From positions 1-34,553 of the IMG/VR virus record IMGVR_UViG_3300034178_000058: 34,553 bases of DNA; one strand, 5' to 3'. Each line of letters begins with the position of its first letter. The first letter of the stretch is position 1. Both the position numbers and the translations under genes were made by a program. Under the pieces are notes generated by a model. That model was not told the origin of the DNA and searched no databases. It saw only the letters and a program-made list of their open reading frames with translations. Source of the stretch: a virus. Its lineage: Duplodnaviria; Caudoviricetes. Below, in pieces: positions 33,819 to 34,553 of the stretch.

Positions 33819-33856
33819 ACGTTGGCGTATGTACCAACTAAGAACGCTGGCGTCAA
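33819..33856 (-). promoter_or_regulatory. Leftward early promoter (PL-like) with two operator-like repeats
   Basis: TTGACG-N17-TACATA with TG extension; ACG(T/C)TGGCGT at 33819 and 33844. Confidence 0.7.
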
Positions 33857-34152
33857 CTCCAACAACAGGGAGAAGCGCAACCCCGCGAGGTGCAAGGGGA
33901 TCGCGGGCGCCTTACAGGGCGGTGAGTTTGGCGAGCGCTGCGCGGAGGAACGCGCAGGTCAGCGCTCAGATCATCGATCGTCTCGACGATGTAGAGAGCA
34001 GCCGTCTCGGGCTCCGCCCCGCCTGCGGCTGCTTCCGCGAGCGTGACGTTATGCCTGAGTCTGCTGATGCTGCGGAGGAGCGCGCTTCGAACCGCGGATT
34101 GGGGCGCCGAGAAGTCGCTCGCGACGGCCGCGGACCCTGAAGAGCGGGCCAT
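33853..34152 (-). CDS. Possible hypothetical protein
   Basis: Helical-looking middle (ALLRSISRLRHNV...IVETIDDL), but weak codon bias and 3' end runs into the promoter. Confidence 0.3.
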   Translation of the reverse strand: MARSSGSAAVASDFSAPQSAVRSALLRSISRLRHNVTLAEAAAGGAEPETAALYIVETIDDLSADLRVPPRSARQTHRPVRRPRSPCTSRGCASPCCWS

Positions 34153-34190
34153 CCGGAGGTTCTACACCGTGGGTCGGACAACCCCTGAGG

Positions 34191-34553
34191 CTACGGCTCG
34201 TCCCCGCGAACCTGGCGCTCCTGTTCCACGCGCACCTCGGAGACGCGAAAGGTTTGTGAAACCGGCACAACCCCATCGCCAATTGTTACGGCGATGACGA
34301 GCTGAAACTCGGCGTCCGTTCGCTCGGCTGGCAGGAACATCTTCGTGGTGACGTGGCGCTTAAACCCGAAACAGTCGTCGGGATAGACCTCCTGTTGTAG
34401 TTCCGCTCCAGGAGGCACCGTCGTGGGCATTTGGGCCGACCTGACCGCCCGCGGGCCGTCAACGGCTCGTACCAGGCGCCGGGGTCGAAGCTTCTCATCC
34501 ACAAACGTGGACTGGTCCCAAAGTACCGTGAGAAACCGATCGGTGGTGTTGCG
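34191..34553 (-). CDS. Lower-GC accessory protein, 5'-truncated by window (possibly exported)
   Basis: Frame is open from the window end: RNTTDRFLTVLWDQSTFVD...QMPTTVPPGA....VYP. Confidence 0.55.
   Translation of the reverse strand, partial: RNTTDRFLTVLWDQSTFVDEKLRPRRLVRAVDGPRAVRSAQMPTTVPPGAELQQEVYPDDCFGFKRHVTTKMFLPAERTDAEFQLVIAVTIGDGVVPVSQTFRVSEVRVEQERQVRGDEP

Overview
Most of a very GC-rich temperate-type podophage genome with T7/BPP-1-like morphogenesis genes. The host is probably diderm (spanin-like lipoprotein); codon style suggests Myxococcota/Anaeromyxobacter, by inference only. The + strand (1-25266) carries an MT-A70 methylase end, a DUF1376-type initiator with internal iterons, DnaB, TerS/TerL, portal, scaffold, a lysis cassette, capsid, tail tube A/B, three internal virion proteins and a tail fibre. 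An attP-like site follows (5' half of tRNA-Lys(UUU) flanked by arm repeats). The - strand early region (25543-33795) holds an internally deleted integrase, excisionase, MazG, Dam-type methylase, a decayed HNH gene and SSB/Sak4/Cas4-like recombination genes, driven by a PL-like promoter. Best novel candidate: the 2198-aa ejection protein carries tandem GGDEF-like domains and an HExxH motif, and the second GGDEF domain overlaps a nested 63-aa out-of-frame gene with its own RBS and candidate promoter, suggesting an injected nucleotide-signalling effector plus inhibitor. Other leads: a 4-copy late-promoter motif, a protein sharing the TerL C-terminal peptide, a tail fibre with a signal peptide, and a stand-alone capsid A-domain-like mini-protein. 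All family calls are by-eye motif recognition; no searches were run.
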